A DNA stretch of 64,000 nt from contig CAWKCK010000009.1 in assembly GCA_963848135.1 (NCBI GenBank), positions 62,001-126,000 on the forward strand. Direction: 5' to 3'. The DNA is from an uncultured delta proteobacterium. Its GTDB lineage: Bacteria; Desulfobacterota; Desulfobacteria; Desulfobacterales; SG8-13. This document shows positions 60,430 through 64,000 of the stretch, in pieces. The translations under genes and the position numbers were made by a program. The number at the start of each line of letters is the position of its first letter. Within the stretch, counting starts at the first letter, position 1. The notes under the pieces are model-generated. The model did no database searches and was not told the origin of the DNA. It saw nothing but the letters and a program-made list of their open reading frames with translations.

Positions 60430-61191
60430 TCAATCCCTCAGTTGTTTGCCCGTGAGCAAAAGAAAAAGCCCGCCCAAGTCTACACAGCCTGGGTGCCGGG
60501 CGACCAATTTCGACGGCGGTCCTTGGATGATGATATTTCCCTGATCGATGACGGCCACACGCGAGCACAACGACTGGGCCTCTTCCATGTAATGGGTGGT
60601 GTATATCATGCCGGTTCCTTGCTTTTTGAACCTGTTCAGCATCTCCAGAATCATATTACGCGACTGGGCGTCGATACCAACCGTCGGTTCATCCAAGAAC
60701 AGAAGGTCCGGATCATGAAGAATGCCTGCGGCGATGTTGGCCCGCCGTTTCATGCCGCCGGAATAGGTAACCACCCGTTTGTCAGCGCTGGTCGTCAGAC
60801 CGACCAGGTCAATGCATTCATCGGTACGGTCTTTGAGCTTTCGCCCTTTTAATCCGGCCATTCGACCGAAGAAACTTAGATTTTCGCGACAAGTCAGGTT
60901 TGGATAAAGAGCGATCTCCTGGGGCACCAGGCCAAAATGTTTTTTGGCCTTGCGGGTTTTTTTGAATAAATCGATTCCGCATATCGTCACATCACCGCTA
61001 TCGGGTTGCATCAGGCCGCTCATAATAGATATCGCCGTGGTTTTACCGGCGCCGTTGGGGCCCAGCAGGCCCAGGGCCTCACCCTCTTCGACATGCAGGT
61101 CTATATTCTGGAGCGCAGGTATGGCCTCACCTGGATATGTTTTTCGCAGCCGTTTCGCAACGAGAGGTCGCCTTGGCCGTGTTTCCACCAT
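60430..61191 (-). CDS. ABC transporter ATP-binding protein
   Basis: GPNGAGKTT, YSGGMKRR, LDEPTVG, YTTHYMEEA. The real start is probably ATG 61191. Confidence 0.93.
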   Translation of the reverse strand: MVETRPRRPLVAKRLRKTYPGEAIPALQNIDLHVEEGEALGLLGPNGAGKTTAISIMSGLMQPDSGDVTICGIDLFKKTRKAKKHFGLVPQEIALYPNLTCRENLSFFGRMAGLKGRKLKDRTDECIDLVGLTTSADKRVVTYSGGMKRRANIAAGILHDPDLLFLDEPTVGIDAQSRNMILEMLNRFKKQGTGMIYTTHYMEEAQSLCSRVAVIDQGNIIIQGPPSKLVARHPGCVDLGGLFLLLTGKQLRD

Positions 61192-61450
61192 GCTAAAGTA
61201 CTTTCCTTGGGGTTGACTTTTTGGTCGGAACCTATAAAAAAGCTCCTTTTTAGTGTATATATAACCCAAACCCTGCCGATATCGAAGCAGAAAAATTTCA
61301 TATATCTGAATCACACCCGTTTGATCCCTGCCGACAGTTCCCACCTCGCGGAGCCAGGTGGGCATGATATGATAAAAAATTTTTCACCGTCAGGGCTAAC
61401 ACGAGAGACCCTGTTTCGCCAATGGGCCGGTTCAAGGTGCTATCAAACCG

Positions 61451-62746
61451 ATGAAGATACTGCTCATAAACCCACCCAATAGCGGCAAGAGCATTCCTGA
61501 GGAAGTCTACGGTATTCGTAGTATCAAGATGATTTTCAGGGGTGAGCCTCTATCGCTTGAGGTTCTTGCCGGAAACCTATCCGGTCACGAGGTTCGTATC
61601 GTCGATTTAAAGGCCGATCCGGAGGCCCTGGAGGTCTGTTACACCGCGTTCGACCCCGAAGTGGTCGGTATTACAGGGGTTACCTGTGAGGCAAATGCGG
61701 TTCTAAAGATCGCTGCGGACATTAAGCAGCATTCAAATCCGGTTGTCGTCGTCGGCGGGCACCATGCTTCGTGCGATCCTGAATTCTTCAACCGCGAAGT
61801 TGTCGACTATATTGTCACGGGTCTGGGTAAGCTGAGCTTTCGCGAACTGGTGGATACGCTGGAGCACGAAGATGCTACCGCCGATATCGCCGGTGTCGCT
61901 AAAACTGAACCGGGGCGACCCCTTTTTTTCCGGCCGCGCCGGTTCACGGCCGCGGATCTGGTAGACGACGCAGCACCACGCTATGATCTGGTCGAACATC
62001 ACCGGGCCCTGTATGTCATGAGCGGTGTCGGTGGAAAAGCCGGATTCGTGGCCACGGCTTTCGGATGCACCCATAGCTGTCTTTTCTGCTCGATACCTAA
62101 CATGACCGGTGGCCGTTACCTGACTCACAGTGTCGAAGCGGTCTTACGTGACATGCGGTTGTTGAAGGATGTGCCCCTTATCCGCCTGGTAGACGCCAAC
62201 ACTTTCGGTGATGCCAAGACTGCCAAAATGCTCGGTCAACGGATCATCACAGCCGACCTCAAAAAGCACATCGTGGCGGATGTGCGCGCGGACACGGTGG
62301 TTCGACATCCGGACCTCTTTAAAATATGGCGGCAAGCCGGTCTTACGGCAGCGGTCATCGGCTTTGAGGAAATCAGTGATGAGCGCCTCGCCTACCTAAA
62401 CAAGCGCACCGATGTTTCCACCAATATCGCCGCCATGGCGATTCTCAAGGAACTCGGCATAAAGATCATCGGTGATTTCATTATTTCGCCAGACTATTCG
62501 GAAACTGATTTCGACCGTCTCGAACAGTTTGTCAGCGCCAACGCCATCGATTTGCCGCTGCCTGCCATCCTGACGCCACTTCCCGGAACACCGCTCTACG
62601 AAATATGGCGAGAGAAAATCACCATCCCCGATCTGGATTATTATACCTTTACCAACGCCGTGATACCAACGCGGATGGATGAAAAGGAATTCTACCAGGT
62701 ATATTCAGATCTTTTGGAAAAATTTATCGGACATTTAAAACACTGA
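61451..62746 (+). CDS. B12-binding-domain radical SAM protein
   Basis: MKILLINPP, EPL.LE.LA, VVGGHHAS, GCTHSCLFC, GFE, LTPLPGT. Confidence 0.9.
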   Translation: MKILLINPPNSGKSIPEEVYGIRSIKMIFRGEPLSLEVLAGNLSGHEVRIVDLKADPEALEVCYTAFDPEVVGITGVTCEANAVLKIAADIKQHSNPVVVVGGHHASCDPEFFNREVVDYIVTGLGKLSFRELVDTLEHEDATADIAGVAKTEPGRPLFFRPRRFTAADLVDDAAPRYDLVEHHRALYVMSGVGGKAGFVATAFGCTHSCLFCSIPNMTGGRYLTHSVEAVLRDMRLLKDVPLIRLVDANTFGDAKTAKMLGQRIITADLKKHIVADVRADTVVRHPDLFKIWRQAGLTAAVIGFEEISDERLAYLNKRTDVSTNIAAMAILKELGIKIIGDFIISPDYSETDFDRLEQFVSANAIDLPLPAILTPLPGTPLYEIWREKITIPDLDYYTFTNAVIPTRMDEKEFYQVYSDLLEKFIGHLKH

Positions 62747-62764
62747 AGAGGACAAAGACCTTTA

Positions 62765-63913
62765 ATGGACGTATTTATAAACGACATCGCTGCATTTCTG
62801 CCGAATGATCCTGTCGACAACGATACCATCGAGGACGTTCTCGGCCGAATCAATAATATCCCTTCGAAAGCCAAGCGGATTGTATTGAAAAACAACAAGA
62901 TCGAAACGCGCTATTATGCGCTTGACGCAGCCACCCGACGCTTGACCCACAACAACGCCCAGTTGACGGCTGCCGCCATCCGCGGGCTGAAACCCTATGC
63001 TACGTTCAGTCCGGCAGATATCGAGTGCCTTTGCTGCGGCACCACTAGTCCGGACTTTCTTTTTCCGGGTCATGCGCTGATGGTTTTAGGTGAGTTGGGG
63101 ATTGCTGAATGTGAAGCTGTGACGACTGCCGGCATCTGTATTTGCGGCATGACCGCTTTGAAGTTCGCGTTTATGAACATTGCCGCCGGCTTGTCCACCA
63201 ACGCAGTGGCCACCGGGTCCGAGTTGGCGGCTTCTTTTTTAAGAGCCGATTTTATGACCCCTTTTCTCACCGAAGGGGACGAGACCGACTTGACCCGCCA
63301 ACCTGTGCGTGCCTTTGACGCCGATTTCCTGCGCTGGATGCTTTCGGATGGTGCCGGGGCGGTGTTTTTGTCCAATCGGCCGAATCCCGACCGGATTTCA
63401 CTTAAAATCGAATGGATTGATCACAGCTCCTATGCTGGGAAGTTGGAAACCTGCATGTATTCCGGCGGCTTCAAAGCAGAAGACGGGCGGGCCATCGGCT
63501 GGCGTGAGAACGAGGACATCGGCCCCGAATCACGTCCCTATCTGTTCGCCGTGCGGCAGGACATCAAGCTGCTTGACAAACATATAGTGGCTACCATGGG
63601 AAAGGCGCTGTCGTCCGTGGTGACCAAACGCCGAATAACTCCGGAGGAGATCGACTGGTTCCTGCCGCATTATTCCTCGGCCTATTTCCGGCCGAAGTTT
63701 TACGATGAGATGAAACGGATCGGGTTCCATATCCCTTACGACAAATGGTTCACCAACCTGGCACAAAAGGGTAACACGGGCAGCGCGGCCATCTTCATCA
63801 TTCTGGAGGAGATTTTCAAATCGGGGAACCTGCAAAAGGGGCAGAAGCTGCTCTGCTTCATACCGGAAAGTGGGCGTTTTTCACATTGTTTTATGTTGGT
63901 GACGGTCGTGTGA
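62765..63913 (+). CDS. darB: DarB/StlD-family beta-ketoacyl-ACP synthase III
   Basis: VFIN..A.FLPN.PV.N, R.VL..N.I..RYYA, AGICICG, FDADFLRWMLSDGAGA, LPHYSS.YF, WFTNL...GNTGSA, PESGRFS: signatures of the dialkylresorcinol/stilbene-pathway KSIII. Confidence 0.88.
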   Translation: MDVFINDIAAFLPNDPVDNDTIEDVLGRINNIPSKAKRIVLKNNKIETRYYALDAATRRLTHNNAQLTAAAIRGLKPYATFSPADIECLCCGTTSPDFLFPGHALMVLGELGIAECEAVTTAGICICGMTALKFAFMNIAAGLSTNAVATGSELAASFLRADFMTPFLTEGDETDLTRQPVRAFDADFLRWMLSDGAGAVFLSNRPNPDRISLKIEWIDHSSYAGKLETCMYSGGFKAEDGRAIGWRENEDIGPESRPYLFAVRQDIKLLDKHIVATMGKALSSVVTKRRITPEEIDWFLPHYSSAYFRPKFYDEMKRIGFHIPYDKWFTNLAQKGNTGSAAIFIILEEIFKSGNLQKGQKLLCFIPESGRFSHCFMLVTVV

Positions 63914-63933
63914 AGGCGTTGGATGCGTGGGTA

Positions 63934-63991
63934 TTTTTCCATATACACTTATACTTCCCTTCCGCATTTCAGAATTTAATAATCATCGGTA
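63934..63991 (+). repeat. Dispersed repeat, copy 4 (3' half only, diverged)
   Basis: tttttcc..acacttatac..ccttccgcatttcagaattta..cggta resembles the 3' half of copies 1-3. Confidence 0.5.
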
Positions 63992-64000
63992 GACCCCCAG

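Larger units (their letters stand above)
26446..63913. other. Type II FAS/PKS lipid biosynthetic gene cluster: aryl-polyene/flexirubin-like scaffold with six radical SAM enzymes; probably continues past the window end
   Basis: About 35 contiguous genes, nearly all for acyl-chain synthesis, modification or export (see individual CDS). Confidence 0.88.

Noticed and set aside
61300..61450. Cobalamin riboswitch upstream of a B12-rSAM gene
   Set aside because: Only a gagccagg fragment and a short hairpin are present; the other conserved riboswitch elements are not visible.
26446..63913. Calling the product a ladderane or a flexirubin
   Set aside because: Gene content only resembles those loci. 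Ladderane enzymology is unresolved, and key flexirubin genes (darA, ammonia-lyase, ligase) are not in the window.
1..64000. CRISPR array, integrase/transposase, prophage or defence system
   Set aside because: No regularly spaced repeats and no such protein motifs were seen; the repeats found are dispersed single copies.

Overview
The gene content suggests a deltaproteobacterium, probably Desulfobacterales-like (inference). Positions 1 to ~26.3 kb are housekeeping: tolQRAB-pal-cpoB followed by ruvCAB, an HD hydrolase, sdhCAB, dnaX-ybaB-recR, two tRNA-Ser genes, DUF1015, trmN6, dciA, hflKC, a small bS22-like ribosomal protein gene missing from the ORF track, rplM-rpsI and pxpABC. From ~26.4 kb to the window end there is a lipid/polyketide biosynthetic island of at least 37 kb. 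It is built on a type II FAS/PKS scaffold of the aryl-polyene/flexirubin (APE-DAR) kind: 3 ACPs, 4 stand-alone Cys-His-His ketosynthases, a KS-CLF fusion, a CLF-like protein, a DarB/StlD KSIII, FabG, 3 dehydratase units, 2 thioesterases, 2 acyltransferases, GT2, GT25, LolA, MMPL-methyltransferase, a deacetylase and an ABC exporter. It also carries six radical SAM enzymes (four B12-binding, plus a tandem paralogous pair), a fatty-acid-kinase-like DAK2-DegV fusion and a dehydratase-PPTase fusion. This island is the best candidate for an uncharacterised system. Other observations are an A11 frameshift hiding the conserved DnaX C-terminus, a ~105-bp dispersed hairpin repeat in 4 copies, IS200/IS605-end-like relics, and a perfect operator-like palindrome in a divergent promoter of the island. 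All calls come from reading motifs by eye; no searches were run.
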